This document shows positions 51,735-64,000 of a stretch of DNA of 64,000 bases, in pieces (position 1 is the first letter of the stretch; each line of letters opens with the position of its first letter). Origin of the DNA: Antedon mediterranea (taxonomy: Eukaryota; Animalia; Echinodermata); NCBI RefSeq assembly GCF_964355755.1, contig NC_092673.1, positions 35,399,648 to 35,463,647 of the forward strand. The letters are read 5' to 3'. The notes below the pieces were generated by a model. That model saw only the letters and a list, made by a program, of their open reading frames with translations. It was not told the DNA's origin and searched no databases. The position numbers and the translations under genes were made by a program.

Positions 51735-52546
51735 GGGCCTGTTTCTGCTGCAACTGCTCAAAATACGGTATAAAATATGGTATAAAATACGGTATTTTTT
51801 ATACCGTATTTTTTAGTACCCCGTTTCTGCTAACAATACTTCTTGGGTGGTCGTGTTAAATTTCATCTTTTTTACCCAAATTGCCATTCATTTATTTGAT
51901 CGATAATTAAAAGTCGCAATAAAGGAAGTTTTACGTCTCACTTTCAACAGCCTAGCCTTAGTGATAGAGATGTTGTGAGAGCACAGAAAACATCGTAATG
52001 GGGACAATTAATTCGTTCCCTCCCTCCCCGAGTTATTGTATTTTGCAATGTTGTACTGCTTTCGCAGGCTCTTCAGCTTTGAGTTTACTTGCTTTGGAGA
52101 CAAGTCTATTCCATACTCCTGCTTTATTTTTTTAGAAATGTCTTTATAAATGTGGTTGTCCCTTTTATTACCTTTTAGTTGGCCAGACATTTTAGCTTCC
52201 CCACACAAATTTATTTAGTAAAACTGTGACGTCTTCGCTCCACATTTTCGCCGAATATATATATACACGTGTGTAAAACAGCTGACAGCGAAAGAAAATA
52301 AAAATACGAATGTTGACCTTTTGTCATGTAAAAAAAAAATACGGTATTTTTTATTAGCAGCAGAAACGGGTACAAAAAATACGGTATAAATTTGTAAATA
52401 CCGTATTTTATCCACAAATTTTGTGGGGAAAATACGGTATATTTTTTATGAGCGCAGTTTCTGCTGCCAAAAATATACCGTATACATACGGTATTCAAAA
52501 AATACCGTATAATATACGGTATTTAGTTGGCAGCAGAAACAGGGCC
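51735..52546 (-). mobile_element. PIF/Harbinger deletion derivative carrying a Myb/SANT-trihelix fragment
   Basis: TIRs gggcctgtttctgctgcaact / agttggcagcagaaacagggcc. ORF 52008-52208(-) reads LKGNKRDNHIYKDISKKIKQEYGIDLSPKQVNSKLKSLRKQY, resembling Myb_DNA-bind_4. TSD is unclear. Confidence 0.8.
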
Positions 52547-53657
52547 AATGATGTTAAATTCGAAGTGTCAAATAAATAAATGATTAGTATCAAGATGCTT
52601 TTAAACTTGGTGATTATTTGTCCATTTGACATTCCTTGTTGATGACATTATCTCTTAATTTATCCGGCAGTCACCAAGGTGTCAAACTATTGCTTCTTTA
52701 TTTAATTAAGAACCTACCTGTAACTACATTGAAGTCTTTAATACCAAATTACTAGCAACCAGTTATTAATATAAATTACTGTAAGACCTGAAATGGGACC
52801 AATGTCAATTAACCAACTACAGTATATGTCAAATAACCATTTTACTTGTTTTAGTGAAGTTCTTAGCTGCAATGTCTAACTTTTTACAGTATGTAGATCA
52901 CATCATGACATTTTTAAACCACACACTATGATATGTAGCAGAAACACTCGCTAGCAAGTAATATTTTAACATAAAAAATACTTTGTTTTTGTTTGTAAAT
53001 AATAATACCTGTATTAGCATTCATTTCTTATTTTAATGAAGATTGCTTTGTTTTTTAAACGTTAATTAGACGAATTATTATCAATAATGAACGCTAACTG
53101 TATGAGGTCGATAATGACTGTCTCGTCAAAAAGTAATAAAACATCACGATTTTGTGACATTGTCGCAGAAAATTAAACTCTTCAACTTGGTTTTGAATGC
53201 ACAGGCAGTGTAGAGATTTACAGCTGATTTCCATACATCATTTCTAATTACAGTCAAAAAAACATGTTTCAACGTCAGTCTTTATTAACTTGTTAAAATG
53301 TTAGTATTTGACTTCACGATGCTCTCATTTTATGTTGATAACAATTTATTTTAATTTCTTGTGTAAAACAAGAGAGTTTCAGCTGATTAATTTTCCTCCT
53401 TTTCAAAATGTATTTTAAATAGGAAAAATTATTTATTGTTTAATTTGTAAAATATTGAACACAATGTGTTTCCACATTTTAAACCTCAAAAGTCTATACT
53501 TTGTATACTATGTTTGTTTGCACGAGAATGTCTGCAGTCTTTAAATTATCTTCCTGAATTTTGTTTTTGTAAATTGCTACTATATAGACCAGGTCTATTG
53601 ATTTTAAAGAAAATTGACATTTTTGATATCACAAAAGCTTCGTATCTTCACATTTAA

Positions 53658-53958
53658 TATGGGCCAAAATATTAAATACTGTAGCCAGCCTCCTCTGCAC
53701 TATGGGCCAGAATATTAAATACTGTAGCCAGCCTCCTCTGCACTATGGGCCAGAATATTAAATACTGTAGCCAGCCTCCTTTGCACTATGGTCCAGAATA
53801 TTAAATACTGTAGCCAGCCTCCTCTGCACTATGGGCCAGAATATTAAATACTGTAGCCAGCCTCCTTTGCACTATGGTCCAGAATATTAAATACTGTAGC
53901 CAGCCTCCTCTGCACTATGGTCCAGAATATTAAATACTGTAGCCAGCCTCCTCTGCAC
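53658..53958. repeat. 43-bp minisatellite, 7 copies
   Basis: tatgg(g/t)ccagaatattaaatactgtagccagcctcct(c/t)tgcac repeated in tandem. Confidence 0.96.
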
Positions 53959-54331
53959 TTTGCCAAGTATTTTGCTCAGTTTCTTTACTTATTTAGTTCT
54001 GATTTTTTAACCAAATTTAACCATTTTGCTATTAATAAAAAATTTGTTTCTAAAAATATAAAAACAAAATGTATTGGTAATCATCAAGGCTATCCATATG
54101 AATCTATCTAAAGAAACTCATGATAATTTCTGAATGTAAACCTAGCTAATGTGAATTTTTAAATGAAACAGAGTTTATAATCAGTTACATAAACAGACTG
54201 AGCTATAGTTGCATATATTGTACCCTAGAGATTGGTATCACTCTGCATGTTATTAAAGTAGTAACACCCCAAGGCTATTGTACATTATAGTAAACTCATT
54301 AACAATTTTTTAAATTTTTTTTTCTCTATAG

Positions 54332-54444
54332 CCAAAGATGTATTGCATGGTAGTAATGGGCAGGGAATGATAACAAGGTCAAAGGTCAGCAAACGTGAAG
54401 ACCCAAGAAGACATACACTGTCCAGTGGTATTGATTACAACATG
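54332..54444 (+). CDS. SAPCD2: SAPCD2 next coding exon (KDVLHG...REDPRRHTLSSGIDYNM), phase 1 to 0
   Basis: PRRHT..SG.D motif that precedes the Suppressor_APC domain. Strong T-tract/tag acceptor, gtaact donor, phase matches the upstream exon. Confidence 0.9.
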
Positions 54445-54496
54445 GTAACTATACTAATTTAATTAATTTAATTATCTGTTTCAATTCATCAGTTTC

Positions 54497-56772
54497 TTTT
54501 TTTTTTTTTTTTTTTTTTTTATTTATTACGGTATATATAAAATTACAAAAACAATAGCACATAGCTAATAACGTTTGTATTACAATAAAAAATATTGAAA
54601 TGAAATCTATAAAAACTACAAAAATAAATTCGGAATATACAATTACAAAATTTCACAATTATTCACTAAAATTTAAAATATTAAGAATCTTAAAATATAT
54701 ACACAATTTTGGAAAATACAATTGCACTTTTATTTAAAAAAACGAAAAATTTACATTATAATATACTAAAGTAAAACCTATCTGCACTGTTCTTTATTTG
54801 ATTATTATTATTATTATCTTTTAGTATAGGTGGCAACATTGCACAATTATTCACTAAAATATTCACAACATTAAAAATCTACAAAAATATATTAAATTTC
54901 GGAAAATAAAAGTTTACAGTATATATTAATATTAAACGTTGTCTGCAGTGCTCTTCATTTGATTATTTTAGGCGGTAATATTGCACAATCATTTATTATA
55001 TATTTTTTAAATTTAATTTTTCACAGGAGAAATTTAATTTGTTTATAATATAGGGAATCGTTGAATTTTTATATCGGTTAGTTTTTATTTTAGGTAATGT
55101 AAATCTATTGGGGTTACGTAATCTAGATATATTAGGTCTTTCAGCAGGCAGCATATTACGATGTCTCTCTGACTTAAGGATACCTTCTCCAAATTTTAAT
55201 GTTAATTTTTCTCTACGTTCAGCAAGGCTGGTAATTTTAAGTTGAGTAAGGGCCGTATCATAGCTCTCATAGTCCTGGCCAAGTATAATTTTGCATGCTC
55301 GCTTTTGCAACCTCTCAATTTCATTGGTCTGATGTTTTGTAATGCTAGAGTGCCAAACAACACATGCATACTCAGTCAGCGGCCGAATATAGAGTTGATA
55401 AATACTTAACATGTCACCAATAGGTGCACTATATCCTCTCAATGCATAAAGAAGAAACATTCTTCTACTTGCTCTAGAGATAATACTTTTGATTTGGATA
55501 TCCCAACCTAAATTGTCTTGTAGCTCAAGACCTAATAATTTCATACTATGTACAGTATCAATTTTTTCACCACTTATAGTAAATTGGGGGTAGTTTATTT
55601 GGGATTTCATAAAATTTATATTAATAACATGGCACTTCGAAGGCTTGGGTAGCATGTCATTTTGATTACACCAACAACTCAAGGAATCTAAATGGGATTG
55701 AAGTTCTGATGATGTACTATTATTTTTTATATTAATTATTTCTCCCAGTGTTAGATCATCCACAAATTTCCAACGATTATCAGTGGTGTTACCCGCATCA
55801 TTCACCATAACAGTAAATATGCTGGGTCCCAGTTTGGTACCCTGGGGGACCCCACACGTTATAGTTCTTAGTCCAGAACAATGTCCCTTAAATTTCACAC
55901 ACTGGGTGCGATTCATCAGAAAACTGCTAATCGTTGGAATTATCGACGGTCTAACACCAGATTCTATCATCTTTGAAATAGCGACATTATGGTTTATCCT
56001 ATCAAACGCAGTTGTGAAATCAACTGTACATAATGTGGCGTAGGTCCCTGGCACATCAATATTGGATATAACCGTATTCAACATATCTACTAAGTAGTGT
56101 GTTGTACTAGTTCCTCTCACGTTACCATACTGTTTACAATCCAATACTGGTTCGAAATCCGTTTTTAACCATCCCGCTAGGAATGATTCAAATACTCTAC
56201 CCAATATTTTAGTTAGTGAAATAGGTCGTAATTGGCCAACCATTGTCGGTTTTTTAACTTTAGGTACTGGTACAATTGATGCGGTCTTCCACACAGTTGG
56301 AAACACCCCTTCGTTTAGACAGGTATTAAAGATTAAAAACAGGGGTTGTGCTATTTCAAAAGAAAACAGCTTAATGAGTTTCACCGGAATATCATCTGGG
56401 TGGCCAGATTTATTGGAGTTTAATTTGTTTAAACTCTTCCAAATTTCTCCATGGTATATTTTGGGGGGTGGTTTTGTAGGCAAGTACGAGGGAAGTGTTT
56501 CCAATCTGAGTGGTGGAAGCTGGCAACATACTCTTGAGAAATGTTCATTAATTTGTTCAGCCTGTTCTTCAACAGATTCACCATAATTATTTAATTTAAT
56601 ATTGTCTGACTTATTGTTATATCCTGTAATGTTTTTAATTGTTTTATTCCATTTACCGGGTTGTGCATTTTTTAGTCCTTCTATATTATCCTTATAATGT
56701 TTCTCTTTAGCTTTGTTAATTTCATACTTTACTTTGTTTCTTAGGCTTCGCCATAAATTTATATTATTAGAT
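54497..56772 (-). mobile_element. 5'-truncated non-LTR retrotransposon (CR1 group, Daphne/Crack-like) with 3' UTR and poly(A)
   Basis: T24 run at 54497-54520, ~480-nt 3' UTR, RT reading frame open from about 56771 to 54996; no endonuclease domain. Confidence 0.9.
54996..56504 (-). CDS. LINE ORF2 reverse transcriptase (partial; frame stays open upstream to about 56771)
   Basis: Motifs LRPISLT, QYG...STTHYL, VDFTTAFDRINH, GVPQGTKLGP, KFVDDLT, KLLGLEL and EYACVVWH. Confidence 0.92.
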   Translation of the reverse strand: METLPSYLPTKPPPKIYHGEIWKSLNKLNSNKSGHPDDIPVKLIKLFSFEIAQPLFLIFNTCLNEGVFPTVWKTASIVPVPKVKKPTMVGQLRPISLTKILGRVFESFLAGWLKTDFEPVLDCKQYGNVRGTSTTHYLVDMLNTVISNIDVPGTYATLCTVDFTTAFDRINHNVAISKMIESGVRPSIIPTISSFLMNRTQCVKFKGHCSGLRTITCGVPQGTKLGPSIFTVMVNDAGNTTDNRWKFVDDLTLGEIINIKNNSTSSELQSHLDSLSCWCNQNDMLPKPSKCHVININFMKSQINYPQFTISGEKIDTVHSMKLLGLELQDNLGWDIQIKSIISRASRRMFLLYALRGYSAPIGDMLSIYQLYIRPLTEYACVVWHSSITKHQTNEIERLQKRACKIILGQDYESYDTALTQLKITSLAERREKLTLKFGEGILKSERHRNMLPAERPNISRLRNPNRFTLPKIKTNRYKNSTIPYIINKLNFSCEKLNLKNI

Positions 56773-57412
56773 CTATCTATCTATGTTCTGTTCTTATCTT
56801 AAGGAAAGAATATAGACATTTGCAAAACTAAGAAGTAAAACAAAATTAATCTTGTATGGTCAGGTCAGATTCACCAACTTTTAAGCCGCACTGTTCTGTT
56901 CCAACTACTGTTTTGTTCCAACTACTGTTTGCTTTGTTACCCTTGCAGCTTATTTTATCTCAAGATCTGGAGATTCAAGTCCTGTCCTGTTATCCTAGCC
57001 AGTATTATTAATATATACCTTTTTAATGTGGTATTGCACACAATTCACTCTATACAGTAGAATTATTCCATTTTACTGTAGGTTACGGACTTTGATTTCA
57101 CAAAGAAACAATTTAATTTGATTAGGCACCACATCGATTGCATTTATTTTAAATCCATTTGTTCATATAGTGGCCTAATTAATTTACTCCTGAGTACAAC
57201 AGTCGTATTGAATTAATATAATTAGATCAAAAGAGCTAATAAAGTCTAGAGAATTTTGAAAAGAACACAAAAAAAAAATGAATTAGAACCTCCTGGAAAG
57301 AGTAAGTATTCTGATTAGAACTGTAGATCTAGAATTGTTAATCTTAAAAGCAATGAAGCACAATTTTTTGCCATAAAACTTTCTACTCAGTTTTTAGCTT
57401 AAATGTATTTTT

Positions 57413-58548
57413 TAACCTGTTCTACCCAGTATATTTCAACCAGTTTTACAAAGTTTATTACCAGTTCAACAAAGTTTATTTTAACCAGTTTATGCTAACC
57501 AGTTTAACCTGTTTTACCTTGTATATTTCAACCAGTTCTGCCCAATTTATTTCAACCAGTTCTACCTACTTTATGCTAACCGGTTTAACCTGTTCTATCC
57601 CATATATTTCAACCAGTTCTACCCAATTTATTTCAACCAGTTCTACCTACTTTATGCTAACCGGTTTAACCTGTTCTATCCCATATATTTCAACCAGTTC
57701 TACCCAATTTATTTCAACCAGTTCTACCTACTTTACTGTATGCTAACCGGTTTAACCTGTTCTATCCCATATATTTCAACCAGTTCTACCCAATTTATTT
57801 CAACCAGTTCTACCTACTTTATGCTAACCAATAACCTGTTCTATCCCATATATTTCAACCAGTTCTAGTTCTACCCAATTTATTTCAACCAGTTTAACCT
57901 ACTTTATGCTAACCAGTTTAACCAGGGAGTTGTAATACAACTCCCTGGTTTTAATGTACTTTATGCTAATCAGTTCTACCTACTTTATGCTAACCGGTTG
58001 TACCTACTTTATGCTAACCAGTTCTACCTACTTTATGCTAACCAGTTGTACCTACTTTATGCTAACCAGTTCTACCTACTTTATGCTAACCAGTTCTACC
58101 TACTTTATGCTAACCAGTTCTACCTACTTTATGCTAACCAGTTCTACCTACTTTATGCTAACCAGTTTAACCTTTTAGCTGTTCTACCTACTTTATGCTA
58201 ACCAGTTTAACCTTTTAGCTGTTCTATCTACTTTATGCTAACCAGTTTAACCTTTTAGCTGTTCTACCTACTTTATGCTAACCAGTTTAACCTTTTAGCT
58301 GTTCTATCTACTTTATGCTAACCAGTTTAACCTTTTAGCTGTTCTACCTACTTTATGCTAACCAGTTTAACCTTTTAGCTGTTCTATCTACTTTATGCTA
58401 ACCAGTTTAACCTTTTAGCTGTTCTACCTACTTTATGGTAACCAGTTTAACCTTTTAGCTGTTCTATCTACTTTATGCTAACCAGTTTAACCTTTTAGCT
58501 GTTCTATCTACTTTATGCTAACCAGTTTAACCTTTTAGCTGTTCTATC
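57413..58548. repeat. Compound minisatellite: ~84-bp, 24-bp and 40-bp units sharing a ctactttatgctaaccagtt core
   Basis: Three consecutive periodicities built on the same core. Confidence 0.92.
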
Positions 58549-61365
58549 AACCCATTTTACATTATGGTTCTACTTAGTTTGTTTTTATAACCCTTTTTAC
58601 AGTCAGTTTAATTAAACTCTGTAGGTTTAAGCATACCAGCAGGCTCCTTATTTATAACTTTTAATATGGTAGTAAGACGTTCTACCAGCCCTAATTCCTT
58701 CTGTATAATAAACATCTTGAACTAGAGCTTTTAATAAATATTAAACAATCTTTGTTCAGTCCAGCATGTTTATTGAGCAATGTTTTAATTCCCACCACAA
58801 TTCAAACATATGGATTACCTATTAGGAAAGATATGCATCATTTAAGATTGTGAATTTTAAAGTAGTTGTTTGTCAGTAAATATAATTTAAATGAAACATT
58901 ATAATCTTCTTTTCTTAATGTATTCTGTCAATGACAAGTAAGGAACGGCCAATTAACTGAATGCATATTTTGCCAAAAAACTTTCAATTTGGCTCCAAAT
59001 TTATTTGTTGAAAATTAATTTTTTTATTTATACTTTATACATCTTTATTTTCTTTATCAAATTGTCAAATAGATTTCATATTTCAAGAGAAATTATATTT
59101 AAGAACTGTCTTTTTATAACCTTATTTAACCAACCATTTACTAAGAATACTATATTTTATTTAATTTTGTTTAATTTGTAATTGATGCTGTATTACCAAT
59201 TACTATCACAATAGATTGCCAATTGGATGACTATTGAAAACTAAACAACTTCCTGTGTGTCTTATCACCTATGCTGTTTATGCTATTGACAGGTTTCCTT
59301 TAGGGAACCCTTGGGATAAAGACCCCAATGGGTTTAGGAAGTGGTGTATCAAGGCCAACAAACCTACTTCAATGTACCTGCTGTTAGATTTTACAGTAAA
59401 GGTGTTTAGTTTAAGTACCTGGTTTGATTCTTAAATGAAATGGATAATTTACAGCCAGTAATTCTTATGTCATCAGCCTAGAGATGTGCAGATAATATGC
59501 ATGACACTTCACTGTGTCTTCCTTACAGCATGGTTGTAAAAGCCTCCATTGGGGAACCCTAGGGAGAAAGAGGTTAATTATACTTCATTAGATGGTAGAC
59601 CATGGTGTGAAGTTAACACAAAAGGTGCTTTGTGCTACATTTACCATACAACATGGTTGTGATTCATTTCAAAAGAAAACTGGGAAGACTTTGAGATATT
59701 GATTATATTGAGTTTAGTTTTAGTAATGTAATACTACTACGGTACTGTATGTCGATTTAAATACTATGCTTGAGCATACAAGCTCTGTAAGAATACTCAG
59801 GTAGGCCTATGTAAAAGAGAAACAATTTAGGCTAAGAAATAAAACAATGAACAACACAATTTTTTGTTTTTAAAAATTGAATTTGTAGTACAGTTGAAAA
59901 ATAAGATCCTGGGCAAAATTGAATTTTACTTAAATTTTAAAAAAATTTTTATATTTTTAAAAGCATGTCATTAAGCAATTCTCAAATGTAATATAAGCTC
60001 TTTAACTGAAAAATAAATAGAGTTAAATAAATTAATGGTCTATCTGTTCATTTATAAATAAATTATAATTCAGCCACCTTTTGCTGCCTTGAATAAAAGA
60101 TTGTATTTACAAAGCTTTTCATTGTTAAAGGTGTAATGAAGGCAGAAGTTTAAATATATACAGAAATGTTATCTGGGAGAAGTTAACACAAAAGGTAGAG
60201 CAATTAGCTTAGACGATAGTCAGTATACAGGGAATGTGATTATGATGATGATGATGTTTACTACCATGAAATGTAAGAATAAACTCTTCCCACACCTGTC
60301 CATTGTTGAAATTGCTGAGGCTCTAGTTGATAATATATATTTATGAAATAATAACTTCTTTTACGATTGTATTAGATCTAATTTTATGGAAATATAATAT
60401 TATATATGATCATTCTAAAATTTTTTATTGGTATTACTACTAAAATTATAATTTTTCGTGATAAGAATAATGAATGCACAGTGTACAATTCTAACACATG
60501 AGGGCGTGGTTGCGGACTGGTCCATTATAATACAGGGGTGTTCTAGGAACTTTTCACTTTTGTATCTAAAGCCCTCCCTCTGGAGAGCACGGGATATTTT
60601 CGGTTTATACAGGTAAGCTAGCACTCATAGACTACTAACACCACTACTGGTTTGTGTAATTTTGAACTGCTCGGTAGCAGACTCTAAAATATTAGCAGAT
60701 GAATTTAGAATGTAGATATTCTTCAATATACTGGAGTAAAAACATTTACCCATATAACTATAACTATAAAAATAAACATAATATACAGACAGTTTAACTT
60801 ATTCAGTTTATAAATTGAGTTTCAAACTGCTTGGTAGCCGACTGTCTAAATTATTAAAATATGAATTTACAAGGCAGACATCTACAATAGTAAAAGAATA
60901 TGTTAAATATAACTATAAAACTACAGAAATAAACGTTATATGGCGGTTTATTCAATATATTTTATAAATTGAATTGGATGACAAAATCCTATGAAATTAT
61001 CCACTGGCACAAATATGTAGTTAAAAATTTTGAATTACTTGGCTGTTTATGGTAGGTATTGCATCAAGGGACTAATTAAAATGATATATGTTTAGAGTAT
61101 TTTTGAAAAATATTATATATCATATTTAAAATAAAATATAGGAAAGGAATTTTTAAAACTAAAAAGGATTTTTTACAGCATCTGATATTCATTTTAATTG
61201 GAGCTGTCTGAGGCTGGACATCAACATATGTATCTTATTTACTATTTAACAACCTATAATTAACTATAAAAAATATATTTTTTATTTTAAAATATTTTAA
61301 AATATTCCTATATGCATTGTTTCATATTAATATGTATAGTACTGTTAAATTGATTTTTGCCTTTC

Positions 61366-61533
61366 CATGGTCCTAAAATATTTATTTCTCTATGGTCCTA
61401 AGACTTATTTCTCTATGGTCCTACGGCTCATTTCTCTATGGTTCTGAGACTTATTTCTCTATGGTCCTACGGCTCATTTCTCTATGGTCCTGTGGCTAAT
61501 TTCTCTATGGTCCTAAGACTTATTTCTCTATGG
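61366..61533. repeat. ~22-23-bp degenerate tandem repeat (atttctctatggtcct...)
   Basis: About 7 copies. Confidence 0.85.
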
Positions 61534-61570
61534 TTGTGTAATATAATAATTAAATTGTCTACATATTATA

Positions 61571-62491
61571 GGCCTGTCACGATAAATATGGTCCTGGGCC
61601 AAAATCGGTCCGGCCGGACCAGTTTTGGCTCTAAAATTGTGGCCAAAAGCAGTCCGCCACTGCCAAAATCGGTCCGGGCTTTTCTTCTGTCGATTTTAAT
61701 TGAATTACTAGTCCTATGATGCTGTTTTAAATTGTTTATGGCTATAAAAATATCCCATGATATATATTAATAAGTTATCTTGTCGGATAAATACTATAAA
61801 TAAATGTATTTTATCTAAAAACATGACTTAGGTGTTCACTCAAATTTCGGCCTGCCACACACTCACATGAACGGGTATGAGACGCTGATATTGCCAGCTA
61901 GATTTGATTTATGATTGAGGCCTTTTTCCTTCCTCAGCCTAATCAATATTGGATAATTTTTTTCTAATAATTGTATTGAATTGATATATTTATTGATTAA
62001 CCATAAATAATTAATAAATTAAATTGTTTTTAACATCATGGGGAAACGAAGATGTTAAAAAAGAACAAAATGGATTAAAAACAGGCAGAGATACATATTG
62101 TATACAAAAAGCCTAACAATTAGTACTTATTATTGATGAGTTACTACTAATAATGATAATAAAAAAAACTGGCTTAATTTATAATATTAAAATAACAAAT
62201 AAAACCCCATAGTTTTCAATATAATGACTAATTATGGCCTTTTTTTTAATGATATATACATTATGACTCATATTGCGCACCATATATTTGTAAGACCGTA
62301 CCATATTTGGCGGCCAAAAACAGTCCTACTGCCCGGACCGATTTTATCCAGGCCGGACCAGTTTTGGCGGCCAAAATTGGTCCGGCCGGACAGGTTTTGG
62401 CAGCCATAAATGGTCCCCCGGACTGATTTTGGCAGCCAAAACTGGTCCGCCGGACCGATTTTGGCCCGGACTGATTTTGGCGTGACAGGCC
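61571..62491. mobile_element. ~920-bp MITE with GC-rich subterminal repeats
   Basis: Ends ataggcctgtcacg / cgtgacaggcctat; repeated ggccaaaa..ggtccg(c)cggacc..ttttgg motifs at both ends; AT-rich middle. Confidence 0.85.
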
Positions 62492-64000
62492 TATTGCATA
62501 TGCAGTATACAGTCTTGGGAATTCCTTGCTAACTTGTTTACATAATATTTAGTTTACATAGTCAATGTTAAGTACAGCAGTAGGACCTCTTTGAACTCAG
62601 GATTAAATCTCTTATTCTTTATGCAAATAATACCTGTATTTGATTTGTTAAATTGTGGGCAGTGGGACTAACCAATTACAGTAGGCAATACTAATTATAA
62701 AGCATGTTACCTCTAGAGATACCCCCTAGCTCAAATTCATCTTTTGTATAACAGTTGTTGGAGTGTTGAAGAGTGACAATGATATTGAGTACCTTTGTGT
62801 TGAAGATGTTTATATAGCTTTCAAAATGCTAATTGAAAGGAGTAAAGGAAGATTATTGTCGCTGGCACAAAAGACCAACAAATTCTAAATCTCAGATTTC
62901 ACTCCGGTTAAATTTTTCATAGATAGAAATAGATGGCATGTTTATTAATTATTTTATCGCTTTGGTTCAGCATTCTTTGCCTGCGATGTAAAGGGGCATA
63001 TGCAAGATTTATTTATAGTGTATTACTCACTCTTTTTAGAATGAGTTTTATTTTTTACATAATGAACTATTTTGTCTGTTATTTCAATTGCACCATTTAC
63101 ATTAGGATCCTATATAATAATTTACTTTCTAACTCTTTTTGTTGACACTTGAAAATAATCTTTTTAATGATTTAATTATTTTTTATAGTACATTATACAG
63201 TATTTATATTTCTCTTGATTTTTGTTACTTGGCAATACCATAAGGAATAATTTTCCGATGACTATTTTAATTTCTGTGAACGACATTAAACATCTGCATT
63301 TATCCATGCTGTTACTTGACCAAGAGGTGGTTGCCCTAAGCCCATCAGAATATAATCAAAACCCACAGGGTTCAACTAAAGGGTCACCAAATATGTTTTG
63401 TGTCCAAATTATGACCACAAATCTGTACTACTAATTATGTCTATACAGCTTACACTTTTACTGTTAGCTAAATTGCGACAATAAGATACTAAACAAACAT
63501 ATACATCTAATCTGGTTTTCAAATAAAGTTGAATGGTGTATGGGCTGCAAATGTTGACAAAACACTTGATTGTTAAAGCATTATTTTACTGTTAAACTAA
63601 GGACGTACTTTAATCTGAACGATAATAAATCCACGCTGAATTAAACATTATTAGTCGATTAGTCAGAGGGTAATTAGACCAATCACTAATGACCCTTTGT
63701 TTGGTCTGTTAATACTTGGTTCAATACATAGTGAGATTTATACAAAGTGGACCAATAGCAGGAGGGTTCATTCACCTTCAATACCAGGGTAGCAATGAGC
63801 AAAAGTAAGAAATATTAGGCATAAGCTAAGTTATGATTTTTTCTTTATGAAAGTTAAAGCCACATCCTAATAAACTAAGTTTGGCTCTGCTAGAAGACAA
63901 TTGACGTGAGCTACTTAGGTACTGCATTGTTTTTCTCTTTTTATCATAATTTACCATAACACATTTTTAAAAATTATGGCAATACTGCTGGTTGACTGGA

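Noticed and set aside
41354-56504. RT ORFs as a retron, DGR or group II intron system
   Set aside because: The motifs and poly(A) tail are those of CR1-group non-LTR retrotransposons, the two RTs are separate insertions, and there is no template-repeat/variable-repeat pair.

Overview
AT-rich, intron- and repeat-rich animal genomic DNA. An invertebrate, possibly a deuterostome, is my inference from gene orthology and SINE types. It is not prokaryotic: there are no operons, CRISPR arrays or intact rRNA/tRNA genes. Two spliced + strand genes are present. (1) The 3' 21 coding exons of an FKBP15/WAFL orthologue (3280..34785) join GT-AG in phase into 3030 nt, or 1009 aa plus stop; the FKBP domain exons lie upstream of the window. 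(2) The first two coding exons of a SAPCD2 orthologue (38304..39024, 54332..54444); I found no further SAPCD2 exon in the window. Introns hold about 20 minisatellites, which cause most of the long ORFs in the ORF track. They also hold a varied set of transposons: a Helentron/DINE-like element, a 3.1-kb long-TIR element with TAG termini and a 3-bp TSD carrying an L2-type RT fragment, a Harbinger derivative with a Myb/trihelix remnant, a young 5'-truncated CR1-group LINE, Deu-domain and 5S+tRNA composite SINEs, MITEs and 25-34 bp micro-elements. I see no convincing evidence of a wholly new biological system. The best leads are a TGCATG (Rbfox) cluster around a cryptic splice site in FKBP15, the nested long-TIR element, the 5S-tRNA chimeric SINE and the FKBP15-SAPCD2 linkage. 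All homology calls come from recalled sequences, not database searches.
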